45,084 bases of DNA, taken from assembly GCA_003221005.1 (NCBI GenBank), contig QHTZ01000069.1, positions 1 through 45,084 of the forward strand, given 5' to 3'. Positions 16,824 through 30,424 of the stretch are shown one piece after another. Position 1 is the first letter of the stretch. Each line of letters begins with the position of its first letter. The stretch comes from Gemmatimonadota bacterium. GTDB lineage: Bacteria > Gemmatimonadota > Gemmatimonadetes > Gemmatimonadales > GWC2-71-9. A program made the position numbers and the translations under genes. The notes under the pieces are model-generated. The model searched no databases. It was not told the origin of the DNA and saw only the letters and a program-made list of their open reading frames with translations.

Positions 16824-18200
16824 TTACAGACGGCCAATGGGGGACCCGTCACCCGGGCGGCGGAGGCCGCCAGCAGCCCCGACCACGGCCCCATCTGCGA
16901 GCGTCACCGCGCCAACATCCGCGACCTCTTTGACGTCCCGCACGCGCACCAGGGCTCGACGGAAGCAGATCGGACCCACGACCTCATACACCGCAACCAT
17001 CGCGACCACCAACGCCTGGAGCGAAATCCCCCAGGCCGGAAACGCCAGCCGGGCTGCGGTCGCCAGCCCCAGCACGGCACCGGCCTGGGAGATAAGCCCC
17101 AGCCACCCCTCCCGCGCAAGGGCGAGCGTCACAACCGGGCTGCGTCCCGCCCACAGGGTGCCGTAGCGCAGCGCCACCGCCCGCAGTCCGGCGAGCAGCA
17201 GCACCCACGGCCAGAGATCGGCGAGCGCCTCAAGGCGGAACCCCGCCCCGGCGAGAAGAAACGTGACCGCGTAAACCGGGAGCGCCGCGCGGGCCAGCTC
17301 CGCGCGCAACCGCTCCGCCTCCTCCTGGATGACGCTCCCGACGTAGATCCCGGCGGCGAGCGCCACCAGCAGCGCTTCCCCCTGCAGAAAGCTAGCCACG
17401 ATCACTGGCACGAACGCCAGGGTGACGAGCACGAGCGCGGCATCTCGCCTGACCAGCCTGAGGTATTGCGAAATGAACGCTCCCAGCGCCACGCCGACGG
17501 CGAGCGATCCGGCCAACCGCGCCAGCGCCGCTGCACCCACGCCCAGATGGACTGCACCGGCACTGCCCCCGATCCGCGCGACCGCCAGGACCAGAGCCAG
17601 GAGGACAATCAAGACGACATCCTTCACGATCGTCACGCCGAGCACGGCTCGGGCGAACGGCCCACGCGCGTCGAGCTCGTCCATGAGCGCGAGCGTCACC
17701 ACGGGGGAGGACGCGACTGCGATGGTGCCCAGCGCCAGCGCCACAGCCAGGGCATTACCAAATGGCTGATGCACGGTGAGCGGGAACCACGGGCTGACGC
17801 TGAGCGTCACCAGGGTTACCGCGGCGAACGGGAACGCGATCGTACCACCGGCGAGGCGGCCGAGCGCCGCGCGCTCCGCGCGCAGTGTAGCGAGCGGCAC
17901 CAGACTTCCGGCCGCAAACGCGATGAGCGCCGTGCACGCGTCGCCGACGAAGCCGAGGGCGGCTACCTCGTCCGCGCGCACCAGGTTCAGCCACGCGGGG
18001 CCGGCGCACAATCCGAGCAGTACGAACGCCGTGATCCGCGGCAGCCGCGCCCGGCGCGCAACCTCACCGGCCGGCCACGCGGCGACGAGCAGGAACCCGA
18101 GCGCGAGTGCGGCTCGTGCAGCGACCGGGCTCGCTGCGGTGAGGCGATGAAAAAGGGCCATCATCAGGCCCAGTGCGAAAAAACCCGCGACCCACCGCAT
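16824..18200 (-). CDS. Cation:proton antiporter (CPA family)
   Basis: About 12 TM segments; [41 protein letters not shown]. Start reassigned to ATG 18200. Confidence 0.82.
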   Translation of the reverse strand: MRWVAGFFALGLMMALFHRLTAASPVAARAALALGFLLVAAWPAGEVARRARLPRITAFVLLGLCAGPAWLNLVRADEVAALGFVGDACTALIAFAAGSLVPLATLRAERAALGRLAGGTIAFPFAAVTLVTLSVSPWFPLTVHQPFGNALAVALALGTIAVASSPVVTLALMDELDARGPFARAVLGVTIVKDVVLIVLLALVLAVARIGGSAGAVHLGVGAAALARLAGSLAVGVALGAFISQYLRLVRRDAALVLVTLAFVPVIVASFLQGEALLVALAAGIYVGSVIQEEAERLRAELARAALPVYAVTFLLAGAGFRLEALADLWPWVLLLAGLRAVALRYGTLWAGRSPVVTLALAREGWLGLISQAGAVLGLATAARLAFPAWGISLQALVVAMVAVYEVVGPICFRRALVRVRDVKEVADVGAVTLADGAVVGAAGGLRRPGDGSPIGRL

Positions 18201-18206
18201 GGCGCG

Positions 18207-18258
18207 AAAATATGCGTGCGCGCGCGCTTTTGACAATGCAGGGGAGCGCCGATATCTT
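18207..18258. promoter_or_regulatory. Overlapping divergent sigma70-type promoters (hisIE-dnaE operon and antiporter)
   Basis: Plus strand: TTGACA(18230-35)-N17-TATCTT(18253-58)-N6-GTG 18265. Minus strand: TTGTCA-N18-TATTTT(18212-07)-N6-ATG 18200. Confidence 0.7.
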
Positions 18259-18264
18259 GACCAA

Positions 18265-18867
18265 GTGATCGCCGAAAATTGGATTGAGGCCGTGCACTTC
18301 GGGGACGATGGACTCGTCCCCGTCGTCGCTCAGAGCAGCCTGTCGGGCGAAGTCCTGATGGTCGCGTACGCCGACCGCGCAGCGTTGCAGCGCACCCGCG
18401 ACACCGGGCTCGCCCACTACCACAGCCGCAGCCGCGGCGTGCTCTGGAAAAAGGGCGAGACCTCCGGGCACAAGCAGGAGGTGCAGGAGGTGCGGGTGGA
18501 CTGCGACGGCGACGCCGTGCTCTACGTGGTGCGCCAGCACGGCCCCGCCTGCCACACGGGAGCGCCCACGTGCTTCGGCGAGCCGACGGGGGGCGTGCTG
18601 ACGCGGCTCGCCGGCATCGTGTCACAACGCGCGCGCACGCGCCCCGCCGGCTCGTACACCGCGCGCCTGCTCGAGGACGGCATCGCGAAGATCGCCCAGA
18701 AGGTGGGGGAGGAAGCGGTGGAGACCGTCGTGGCGGCGACGAGCGAGGACGCGGCGCGCCTCACGAACGAGGCGGCGGATCTCCTGTATCACCTGCTGGT
18801 GCTGCTCGAGGCGAAGCGCTTGCCGCTCGACTGCGTCTTCGAGGAGCTCGAGCGGCGAGCCCGGTAG
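18265..18867 (+). CDS. hisIE: Bifunctional phosphoribosyl-AMP cyclohydrolase / phosphoribosyl-ATP pyrophosphatase
   Basis: Motifs [58 protein letters not shown]. Confidence 0.95.
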   Translation: MIAENWIEAVHFGDDGLVPVVAQSSLSGEVLMVAYADRAALQRTRDTGLAHYHSRSRGVLWKKGETSGHKQEVQEVRVDCDGDAVLYVVRQHGPACHTGAPTCFGEPTGGVLTRLAGIVSQRARTRPAGSYTARLLEDGIAKIAQKVGEEAVETVVAATSEDAARLTNEAADLLYHLLVLLEAKRLPLDCVFEELERRAR

Positions 18868-18872
18868 CAGCG

Positions 18873-22331
<3,459 letters not shown>

Positions 22332-22335
22332 CGCG

Positions 22336-23295
22336 ATGGCGACCCACACCCTGGAGTTCGAGCGCCCACTGCTCGAGCTCGAGCGCCAGATCGAGGAGCT
22401 GAAGCGCGTCGCCGGTGAAACCGCGGTGGACGTCTCCAAGGAGATCGTCCCGCTCGAGCGCAAGCTCGCGGAGCTGCGCCAGGAGATCTACCGCTCGCTC
22501 ACGCCGATGCAGCGGGTCCAGGTGGCGCGCCACCCGAAGCGGCCTTACACCCTCGACTACCTCCGCACCGTGTTCACCGACTTCGTGGAGCTGCACGGCG
22601 ACCGCCTGTACCGCGACGATCCCGCCATCGTGGGAGGGTGGGCGCGGCTCGACGGAGCGAGCGTCATGGTGATCGGGCACCAGAAAGGGCGGGACACGAA
22701 GGAGAACCTGCGGCGCAACTTCGGGATGGCCCACCCCGAGGGATACCGCAAGGCACTGCGTCTCATGCGGCTCGCGGAGAAGTTCGGCGCGCCGGTGGTG
22801 ACGCTCGTGGACACGCCGGGGGCGTACCCGGGGTTGGGCGCCGAGGAGCGGGGCCAGGCCGAAGCGATTGCCCGCAACCTGCTCGAGATGTCGGGGCTGC
22901 GCACGCCGATCGTCACGGCCGTAATCGGCGAGGGGGGGTCGGGGGGAGCGCTCGCGGTGGGGCTCGCGGACCGCGTCATCATGCTCGAGAACTCCGTGTA
23001 CTCGGTGATCTCGCCCGAGGGGTGCGCCGCGATCCTGTGGAAGGACGCGAGCCAGCGCGAGCGCGCCGCTGAGGCCCTCAAGCTCACGGCGGAGGACCTG
23101 CTCGACCTGGGCGTGATCGATGAGATCGTCCCCGAGCCGCCGGGCGGGGCGCACGCCGATCCGGAGGCAGCCGCCCAGGCGCTCGAGGAATCCTTGCGCC
23201 GCCACGTGCGGCAGCTCCGCAAGCTGAAGATCGAGAAGCTGCTGGCCCGACGCGAGGAGAAGTACCTTTCGATGGGTGCGCTCAGCGAGAAGTGA
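22336..23295 (+). CDS. accA: Acetyl-CoA carboxylase carboxyltransferase alpha subunit
   Basis: Motifs [53 protein letters not shown]. Classic dnaE-accA synteny. Confidence 0.97.
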   Translation: MATHTLEFERPLLELERQIEELKRVAGETAVDVSKEIVPLERKLAELRQEIYRSLTPMQRVQVARHPKRPYTLDYLRTVFTDFVELHGDRLYRDDPAIVGGWARLDGASVMVIGHQKGRDTKENLRRNFGMAHPEGYRKALRLMRLAEKFGAPVVTLVDTPGAYPGLGAEERGQAEAIARNLLEMSGLRTPIVTAVIGEGGSGGALAVGLADRVIMLENSVYSVISPEGCAAILWKDASQRERAAEALKLTAEDLLDLGVIDEIVPEPPGGAHADPEAAAQALEESLRRHVRQLRKLKIEKLLARREEKYLSMGALSEK

Positions 23296-23296
23296 C

Positions 23297-24160
23297 GTGA
23301 CCGCGGTCGTGGAAGTCCGGTTCAAGGGGAACCGCAAGGAGTATTTCGGCTGGTCGGCCGACCAACCGCTCGCCGTCCAGGACCCCGTGATCGTCGAGGT
23401 GGACCGGGGCGAGGACTTCGGGCGGGTCTCCGCGACGGGCGACCTCGCGGTGCGCAAGTGCGGCGGGGGGTGTCACGGCTGCTCGCTCGCCGCGCCCACA
23501 CCGGTGCTGACCCCCGAGCGCCAGATCGTGCGGCGCGCCAGCGTCGACGAGGTCCGCATCGCCGACGCGCTGCGGGCCGAGGAGGAGGCGGTGCGGCTGA
23601 AGGTCACCGACCGCGCCCGCAAGCACGATCTCGCGCTCAAGGTCTCCGACGCGGAGTGGCAGTGGGACCGCCGCAAGTTGACGATCTACTTCACGGCGGA
23701 GCAGCGGGTGGACTTCCGCGCGCTGGTGCGTGATCTCGCGAGTCTGTTCCGCGCGCGCATCGAGCTGCGCCAGATCGGCGCGCGGGATGAGGCGAAACGG
23801 CTCGACGGCGTGGGGCGCTGCGGGCGGCAGTACTGCTGCTCGAGCTGGCTCCCCGAGCTCCGCCCCGTGAGCCTGTCGCTCGCCAAGGACCAGCGCCTGT
23901 CGCTCAATCCCTCGCAGATCTCCGGCGGCTGCGGCCGGCTGTTGTGCTGTCTGCGCTATGAGCACGACTTCTACGTGTCCACGCGCCGGCGGTTCCCCAA
24001 GGAGGGAAGGGTCGTCCGCACCGGTGCCGGCGTGGAGCGCGTGCTCGCCGTGGACATCTTCCGCGAACAGGTGACGTTGCGGGCCGAAGATGGCGGGGGC
24101 AGCGCGCGCGTCGTGCCGCTCGCGCAGTTCCAAGCGGAGCTCGAGCGCGCCGGTGCCTAA
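23297..24160 (+). CDS. ricT: PSP1-domain / RicT (YaaT) regulatory Fe-S protein
   Basis: VEVRFKG; YFTAEQRVDFRALVRDLA..FRARIELRQIGARDEAK; GRCGRQYCC; ISGGCGRLLCCLRYE. Start approximate. Confidence 0.88.
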   Translation: MTAVVEVRFKGNRKEYFGWSADQPLAVQDPVIVEVDRGEDFGRVSATGDLAVRKCGGGCHGCSLAAPTPVLTPERQIVRRASVDEVRIADALRAEEEAVRLKVTDRARKHDLALKVSDAEWQWDRRKLTIYFTAEQRVDFRALVRDLASLFRARIELRQIGARDEAKRLDGVGRCGRQYCCSSWLPELRPVSLSLAKDQRLSLNPSQISGGCGRLLCCLRYEHDFYVSTRRRFPKEGRVVRTGAGVERVLAVDIFREQVTLRAEDGGGSARVVPLAQFQAELERAGA

Positions 24161-25700
24161 GTTCTACCTCACAACCGCCATCGACTACTCGAACGGCGAT
24201 CCGCACGTCGGCCACGCCCTCGAGAAGATCGGCGCGGATTGCATCGCCCGCTACCGGCGGCTGCGCGGCGACTCCGTCCACTTCGTCATGGGGATGGACG
24301 AGCACAGCCAGTCGGTCATCCAGGCCGCCGCCCGCGTCCAGGTGACGCCGCAGGCGTGGGTGGACCGCATGGCCGACACCTTCAAGCAGTATTGGGAGCG
24401 CCTGCGTTGCAGCAACGACGACTGGATCCGGACCACGGAGCCGCGCCACGCGCGGGCCGTGTCCGCGCTGCTGCAACGCATCCAGCAGGGGCACCCCGAC
24501 GATTTGTTCGAGGCGGAGTACGAAGGGCTGTACTGCACCGGCTGCGAGGAGTTCAAGACCGAGTCGCAGATCGCGAACGGCCACTGCATCGAGCACCCTA
24601 CCCTCGAGCTGATCCGGACCAAGGAGCGCAATCACTTCTTCCGGTTGAGCGCGTATCGCGACGCCGTGCTCGAGCGCGTCCGCTCGGGGAGCCTCGCCGT
24701 CGAGCCGGAGATTCGTCGCAACGAGATCCTGCGGCTGCTCGAGGCAGGACTCCAGGACATCTCGATCTCGCGACAGCGGCAGACGTGGGGCGTGCCCTTC
24801 CCCGGTGACCCGCAGCAGACCGTGTATGTCTGGTTCGACGCCCTCATCAACTACCTCTCGGCGACGGGATTCCCGGACTCGCGGTACGAGCGGCTGTGGC
24901 CCGCGGACCTGCACGTGATCGGGAAGGGCATCACCCGCTTCCATTGTGTGATCTGGCCCGCGATGCTCCTCGCCGCCGAGCTCCCCGTCCCCCGCAGCGT
25001 GTGGGCGCACGGCTACGTGCAATGGTCGGGCGCCAAGCTGAGCAAGACCGCCGGGACGGCGGTAAGCCTCGACGGAGCGATCGAGCGGCACGGCGCCGAC
25101 GCGCTGCGGTACTTCCTGCTGCGCGAGATCGGCTTTGCCGGCGACGGCGACTTCACCTGGGAGCGCTTCGACGCGCGCTACACCGCGGACCTCGCCGACA
25201 CCCTCGGCAACCTCGTGTCGCGCTCGCTCTCGATGATCCGCCGCTACCGAGAGGGCGCCGTTCCGCGCGACCCGCGCGGCTTCGACACGCCGCTCGAGCA
25301 GGCGGGCCGTGACGCGCTCGCGGCGTATGGCCGCGCGATGGACGCCTACGCGCTCCAGGAGGGCGCGGCGGAAGTGATCGGTCTCGCGACGCGAGCGAAC
25401 CGGTACGTCGAGGAGACCGCGCCGTGGAAACTCGCCAAGGAGAAGAAGCAGGCGGACCTCGACTCGGTGCTCGCAAACCTGGCGCGCACCGTCGCGCGGC
25501 TTGCGGGGCTGGCCCAGCCGTTTCTCCCCGCGACCGCGGAAACGATCTGGGGCCTGCTCGCGATGGGCGGGCCCCTGGGCGACGTCCGCTGGGCGGGGCT
25601 GGCCGACCTCCCGGTGGAGGGGCGGCACGTCGCCCCGCCGCCGATCCTGTTCCCCAAGCCGAGCAGCGACGCTCTTCCTGCCCAAAACGTCGTGACGTAG
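24153..25700 (+). CDS. metG: Methionine--tRNA ligase (short form without the C-terminal tRNA-binding domain)
   Basis: GTG 24153; FYLTTAIDYSNGDPHVGH (HIGH), GMDEH, YVWFDAL, IGKGITRFH, KLSKT (KMSKS). Confidence 0.95.
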   Translation: MPKFYLTTAIDYSNGDPHVGHALEKIGADCIARYRRLRGDSVHFVMGMDEHSQSVIQAAARVQVTPQAWVDRMADTFKQYWERLRCSNDDWIRTTEPRHARAVSALLQRIQQGHPDDLFEAEYEGLYCTGCEEFKTESQIANGHCIEHPTLELIRTKERNHFFRLSAYRDAVLERVRSGSLAVEPEIRRNEILRLLEAGLQDISISRQRQTWGVPFPGDPQQTVYVWFDALINYLSATGFPDSRYERLWPADLHVIGKGITRFHCVIWPAMLLAAELPVPRSVWAHGYVQWSGAKLSKTAGTAVSLDGAIERHGADALRYFLLREIGFAGDGDFTWERFDARYTADLADTLGNLVSRSLSMIRRYREGAVPRDPRGFDTPLEQAGRDALAAYGRAMDAYALQEGAAEVIGLATRANRYVEETAPWKLAKEKKQADLDSVLANLARTVARLAGLAQPFLPATAETIWGLLAMGGPLGDVRWAGLADLPVEGRHVAPPPILFPKPSSDALPAQNVVT

Positions 25701-25716
25701 CTCACGCCGGCCCGTG

Positions 25717-25745
25717 TTGACGGCCTCGAGGGCGTATCCTATTAT
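25717..25745 (+). promoter_or_regulatory. Putative sigma70 promoter of the M23 gene
   Basis: TTGACG(25717-22)-N17-TATTAT(25740-45). Confidence 0.65.
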
Positions 25746-25839
25746 TGCAGTCCCTTCGGGGTACCGGACCCAACGCCCTGTCCGGATGTAGGTTGCCGCA
25801 GAGCCCGATCAACGTTGGACACGAGGTGTTCGAGCACCG

Positions 25840-26778
25840 ATGCGCAAGCGTGCGGAGCGCCGCTGGACGGTGATGTTGGTGCCGCATGGCTCGGGCTCCT
25901 CCCGCGCCGTCGAAGTGTCGCACACTCTGATGAAGAGCCTCATGGGGATCGGGGGCGTGCTCGTGCTCCTCGTCGTCGTGCTCGGCGTGACGGCGATCGT
26001 GCGCGGCGTGAACATCACGCGCAACCGCGCGCTCGAGCGCGAGAACCGCGTGCTCGGCGACGAGGTCCAACGGATGCGCGAGCGCCTCGTCGGGCTGCGT
26101 GACACCATCAGCTCGATCGGCCAGCGCGAGCAGGAGCTGCGTCTCCTCGCGGGGCTGAACCCGATCGACCCCGGCGTCCAGCAGGGCGGCATCGGCGGTC
26201 CGTCGGGCACCTGGTTGGAGCGCGACACGCTCGCGGCACTCGGCGCGGACGGGCAGCATGCGCTCGCCGCGCGCATGGACATGGACGGGCTGATCCGCCG
26301 CGCCAACATCCTGGTCCGCTCGGTGAGCGAGGCCTATGACTCGCTGCACAGCCACCAGGCGCGCTTCGCCGCCACGCCGTCGATCATGCCCACCAAGGGA
26401 TGGCTCTCGAGCGCCTTCGCGGCCGAGCGCGTGCACCCCATCCTGCACCTGGCCCGCCCGCACGAGGGCATCGACGTCTCCGCACCGATGGGCGCCGAGA
26501 TCGAGGCACCTGCCTCGGGGATCGTCGCCGACGTCAGGTGGGAAGAGGGTTACGGCAACCTGCTCACGATCGACCACGGCTACGGCCTGGTGACCCGCTA
26601 CGCACACTGCTCCAAGATCCTCGTGGCGCGCGGGCAGCGGGTGAAGCGCGGGCAGAAGATCGCGCTCGTCGGCTCGACCGGATTGTCCACCGGTCCTCAC
26701 GTTCACTACGAGGTGTGGGTGAACGGCAAGCCGGTGGATCCGAAGAAGTTTGTGCTGCCGGATGCGATCGTAGACTAG
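25840..26778 (+). CDS. M23 family metallo-endopeptidase with N-terminal TM and coiled coil
   Basis: TPSIMPTKGWLSSAF, HEGID, YAH, STGPHVHYEV. Confidence 0.93.
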   Translation: MRKRAERRWTVMLVPHGSGSSRAVEVSHTLMKSLMGIGGVLVLLVVVLGVTAIVRGVNITRNRALERENRVLGDEVQRMRERLVGLRDTISSIGQREQELRLLAGLNPIDPGVQQGGIGGPSGTWLERDTLAALGADGQHALAARMDMDGLIRRANILVRSVSEAYDSLHSHQARFAATPSIMPTKGWLSSAFAAERVHPILHLARPHEGIDVSAPMGAEIEAPASGIVADVRWEEGYGNLLTIDHGYGLVTRYAHCSKILVARGQRVKRGQKIALVGSTGLSTGPHVHYEVWVNGKPVDPKKFVLPDAIVD

Positions 26779-26870
26779 GCGGCAACAGGCGGCAGAGGAC
26801 GGCAAAGGGCGGCAAGCGCAACTGCGCTTGTCGCCCTTCTCATTGCCGCCCTATGCCGCCCGTGCCGCCT
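26778..26870. repeat. 10-bp-period inverted GGCGGCA/TGCCGCC hairpin between convergent genes
   Basis: GGCGGCAACA GGCGGCAGAG GACGGCAAAG GGCGGCAAGC GCA, then TGCGCTTGTCGCCC ... TTGCCGCC CTATGCCGCC CGTGCCGCCT. Confidence 0.88.
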
Positions 26871-26875
26871 TTGTT

Positions 26876-28225
26876 CTACGGTGCCGTGTTCGGCGGTCGC
26901 CGGTCGATGATGAAGAACACATTGGGGCGCGTGAAGTCCAAATCACCTCGCCGGAACACCGGGAGACCTGTCGCTGGCGACGCGGCAGGAGTGCCGTTCG
27001 TCGTATACGTGAAGGTCGTCGCGTTGGAGACCGTGACCGCGAAAGCGCCATTGTACGCAGCTTCGTTCGCACCGTTGATCGTGACGATGGAGTCGGTCGC
27101 CAGCCCATGGGGCGCGAGGGTGACGACGGTTGCCGTCGTGCCGGTGGAGGTGAGCGACGTGATCGGGTTGCCGTTGAACGACGCCGCGAATGACGCCCGA
27201 AACCAGTAGACGTACCCCGTCGCCGCCGCCGCCTGCGCGGTCGGCGTCGAGATGCCGTAGGTGAACGTGTTCGGGTCCACGACCTTGACCGTCTTGGTCC
27301 CGTTGTACGCACCCTGCACCGCGCCGTTGACCACGATCACATCGCCGGTGCTCAATCCGTGCGGCGTCGGCGTGACCGCCGTCGCGATCGTGTCAGCTAC
27401 CGTGGTCCCGGTCGTCGTCACCGACGTGAAGGGCAGGATCGCGGTGAACGCGAACGGCGCGCGGCTTCCCGGCACGGACTGAGGCATGACAAGCGCCGTG
27501 ATCGCCGTGCCTTGCCGCGTCGTGCCACCGATCGGGTTAAGACTGTCGCCACCCTGTAAGCCGACCGGTATGTTCGCCTCAAAGAGAACCGGCGCGGTCG
27601 TGCCAGCCGCCGTGAACGCCATCCTATAGGTGCCCACGGCCACGGGCGCATGCGCGGTCACATCCTCGAACGCGACGTTGGGGATAGTGGGAGACCCGGA
27701 CAGCGCGGCGCCGCCTCTCGCCACAACCCATGCGTCGAGGGACGTCGTGGCCAGCGGTGCTAGCGTGGACGCGAGCTGGATCACGCGTACGTGAACGAGG
27801 CCAGTCGCGACCGCGGGAGGAGCGGCTGTCGTGATCACGACCTTCTTCGCAGGCGTTTGGCCAGCACGCGCGTAGCCGTAGGCCAGGAACGTGTACTCCG
27901 CGTCCGCTGTGAACGCCGACGTCTGGTCGAACATGACCGTCGACGCGACGGCGGGATTGGTGCCGTCCATGAACACTCGGATGTCACGACTCCCTGCCTC
28001 GATCCCCTGGGCGTACGCGTTCATCCCCCGGAACGCGACTCCGAACAGGCCGGAATTGGAGACGATGTCCACGACGCGAAACGCCATCGCTCCTGTGTCG
28101 GGTATCGCGTTGACGTAATGGATGCCGGCCTTCGGGACCACGGGCGAGTTCGTGACGGCATCGGGGTGGCACGCGGCGACCGAGCTGGCCAGCACCAGGC
28201 ACAGTGAAAACCGGAATCGAGTCAT
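26876..28225 (-). CDS. DUF4397-like surface lipoprotein with two C-terminal beta-rich repeats
   Basis: GAGG RBS; lipobox VAAC; AGIHYVNAIPD...VRVIQLA DUF4397-like pattern; two 'PHGL...V.NG....YNG...V......TFTY' repeats. Confidence 0.72.
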   Translation of the reverse strand: MTRFRFSLCLVLASSVAACHPDAVTNSPVVPKAGIHYVNAIPDTGAMAFRVVDIVSNSGLFGVAFRGMNAYAQGIEAGSRDIRVFMDGTNPAVASTVMFDQTSAFTADAEYTFLAYGYARAGQTPAKKVVITTAAPPAVATGLVHVRVIQLASTLAPLATTSLDAWVVARGGAALSGSPTIPNVAFEDVTAHAPVAVGTYRMAFTAAGTTAPVLFEANIPVGLQGGDSLNPIGGTTRQGTAITALVMPQSVPGSRAPFAFTAILPFTSVTTTGTTVADTIATAVTPTPHGLSTGDVIVVNGAVQGAYNGTKTVKVVDPNTFTYGISTPTAQAAAATGYVYWFRASFAASFNGNPITSLTSTGTTATVVTLAPHGLATDSIVTINGANEAAYNGAFAVTVSNATTFTYTTNGTPAASPATGLPVFRRGDLDFTRPNVFFIIDRRPPNTAP

Positions 28226-28235
28226 CGCATGGTCC

Positions 28236-28694
28236 TCATTGGTTGTCCCCTCCGCTGCCCTGGCCGCCTGACCCCTGACTGCTCGGCCCACCGACGCCCA
28301 ACGCGCGCGAGGCGATGAACGCTGCCGCCCCTGCGGCAAATGCCCCGGCAAACAGGTAGGTCCGAGACCGCGAGAGGCGCCGTGTGTAGGAGTTGCCGAC
28401 CCAAGCACGGGGCACGATCACCCTCTCGCCGCTCCACTTGGTCACGACCCCGCGGATGTCGCGTACGCTCGACACCTGGAGCAGGTAGGCCGTGTCGTTG
28501 ACCTGTGCCACCCGGCCTTCCACGCGATCCAACGCTGGGCCCAGCGTGTGCGCCGCTTCCACGCGGCCCTGGTCCGTCAGTGCCAGCGCGACGTCAACCT
28601 CCGACCGCGGCATCACGGTCTCAAGTGGCGTATAGACGTAGCACCTCGCGAACAGCAACGGCAGCGCCACCGCACCCAGCGTCTGCATCCGCAT
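28236..28694 (-). CDS. Hypothetical exported protein, possibly a lipoprotein
   Basis: Fills the operon gap in the same orientation; signal-like N-terminus ending ..LFARC; hydrophobic C-terminal helix. Confidence 0.65.
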   Translation of the reverse strand: MRMQTLGAVALPLLFARCYVYTPLETVMPRSEVDVALALTDQGRVEAAHTLGPALDRVEGRVAQVNDTAYLLQVSSVRDIRGVVTKWSGERVIVPRAWVGNSYTRRLSRSRTYLFAGAFAAGAAAFIASRALGVGGPSSQGSGGQGSGGDNQ

Positions 28695-28695
28695 T

Positions 28696-30396
28696 TTAGT
28701 AGACACCACCGGCGAACAGGCCGTAGTTGCCCCGCCCCGAGCCGCCGGGCAGGCCCACGCCCCCGAGCCCGTAGATCGGCACCTGGCGAACCTGAAGCTC
28801 CTGGTACGGCGCCGGCCAGCTGACCGCCGTGCCTTCCGGTAGATCGCCCCAGCCGCGGGCCGCGAAAAACCACATCCCGTACCCTGTGAACGCTGTCTCC
28901 ATGCGGTATTCCCACTTCAGCGCGTCCCACATGTTCCCGCACTTCGTCCTGCGATAACCCTGCGCCGCGTCGGGGACGCGTGGCACGCAGGCGTTGCCGC
29001 CAGGCACCACGGCGCTCGTGTCGGTGGCCGTGATGTCGACCGGCGGCAAGCCACCCTTGGCGACGCGCGAGATGTTGATCAGCTTGGCCGCCGAATCGAT
29101 GTTCGCCGCGCCACCTTGCCGGAGCAGCCCCTCCGCGTTGAGCAGGTGGATCTCCGCCGCCGTCATGACCGGGTAGGGGCCATTCCTGCTGCTTGAAAAG
29201 AAGCCGAACGAACGTCGGAAATCGTACATCGAGATCTGCAACGGGTCACCGGCGGCGTCCGAACTCGGCGGACGGTTCCGAAAGTACCGCGTGGATGCGA
29301 AGCTGGCCGGCTGCGAGTCGTTGTTCTGCGCCCCTCGGTTCGTGCCCTGCGGGAAGCGTTTGTCCGGTGTCACCACGAGGAACGGCGCTCGGCTCGCGGG
29401 TGCGAGCAACAACCAGGTGTCGTAGCCGCCCGAGGTGTCCGCCATGCCCATGAAGAACTGCGACATCTGATGCCAGCTGGCGGAGCCTGTCGCGTAGTGC
29501 TGGACGGGCCACGATACGTCCCAGCCGTTGGTGGGCGACATCAAGATGTTGAAATCGCTCGTTATCCCCAGGTTAGCCTCCGCGATCACCTGCGCCCAGT
29601 TCACGTTGTTGGCGCGATCGGCAGGGGAGCGGGCCACCCCCGCCAGGAACCGCGCCTTGTACGAGTGCACCAACTGGATGAACTGAGCCTGCGTAATGCT
29701 CGCGGTCGCCTGGTTGATCCACGTCGCTGGAAGGGGGAACCCGTCCGGGGCGGTCCCCACCATGCCCGCGATTGTAGCGGCGGAGTCGAGATCAAAGAGA
29801 GCCGCTCTCATAACCGAGTCGTATCGCGCCAACGGCACCGTCGCATCGTTCGCATTGTCCTCGGTCAGGACGGCCGCGGAGTCGTAGGCCAGCGCGAGAT
29901 TCCCGAGCCCCACCCCCTCCACGAACTTGCCGAACGCGCGCGCGCGACGGTCGCGCGTGACAGTTCCCAGGCTCCCTAACACCTTCAGGCGCGCGAGTGC
30001 CAGACTGGCGAGCCGCGCGGCGCTGTGCTCGACGAAGAAGTCCCGCAGGTTGCCGATGCTCCCCTGTCCGTTGATGCTGTTGTCGATCTGGTTACGCGGG
30101 ATCGCGCTGCGCGGGCCCATCGCGAAGTTGGCGAGGCCGGACACGCTTTCCATCCCCATCGTGATCAGCTGCGGCTGGAGACCATCGTTCGCGCCGCCGG
30201 AGAGCACCTTCGCGTCACCGAGCGTCCCCGAGTGCGCAATCGCGTACGTGCTGCCCAGGAATGTCTCGAGGTCGGTCGCAGTACGGAAGGCGCTGTTGCG
30301 ATCCGGGTTGTTCGTGTTGTCCACGGCCAGCGGGTTCGTGCAGGCTCCAACATCGAGCGCCAGCGCTCCCACCAATGCGTAAAGAAATGCTCTCAT
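28696..30396 (-). CDS. RagB/SusD-like nutrient-binding lipoprotein
   Basis: Directly downstream of the SusC gene; lipobox VGAC then LAVDNTNNPD; AEIHLLNAEGLLR, INISRV, EYRME SusD-type C-terminal motifs. Confidence 0.8.
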   Translation of the reverse strand: MRAFLYALVGALALDVGACTNPLAVDNTNNPDRNSAFRTATDLETFLGSTYAIAHSGTLGDAKVLSGGANDGLQPQLITMGMESVSGLANFAMGPRSAIPRNQIDNSINGQGSIGNLRDFFVEHSAARLASLALARLKVLGSLGTVTRDRRARAFGKFVEGVGLGNLALAYDSAAVLTEDNANDATVPLARYDSVMRAALFDLDSAATIAGMVGTAPDGFPLPATWINQATASITQAQFIQLVHSYKARFLAGVARSPADRANNVNWAQVIAEANLGITSDFNILMSPTNGWDVSWPVQHYATGSASWHQMSQFFMGMADTSGGYDTWLLLAPASRAPFLVVTPDKRFPQGTNRGAQNNDSQPASFASTRYFRNRPPSSDAAGDPLQISMYDFRRSFGFFSSSRNGPYPVMTAAEIHLLNAEGLLRQGGAANIDSAAKLINISRVAKGGLPPVDITATDTSAVVPGGNACVPRVPDAAQGYRRTKCGNMWDALKWEYRMETAFTGYGMWFFAARGWGDLPEGTAVSWPAPYQELQVRQVPIYGLGGVGLPGGSGRGNYGLFAGGVY

Positions 30397-30424
30397 CGGT
30401 CCCCCTGAAGACAGGAAACGAGGA

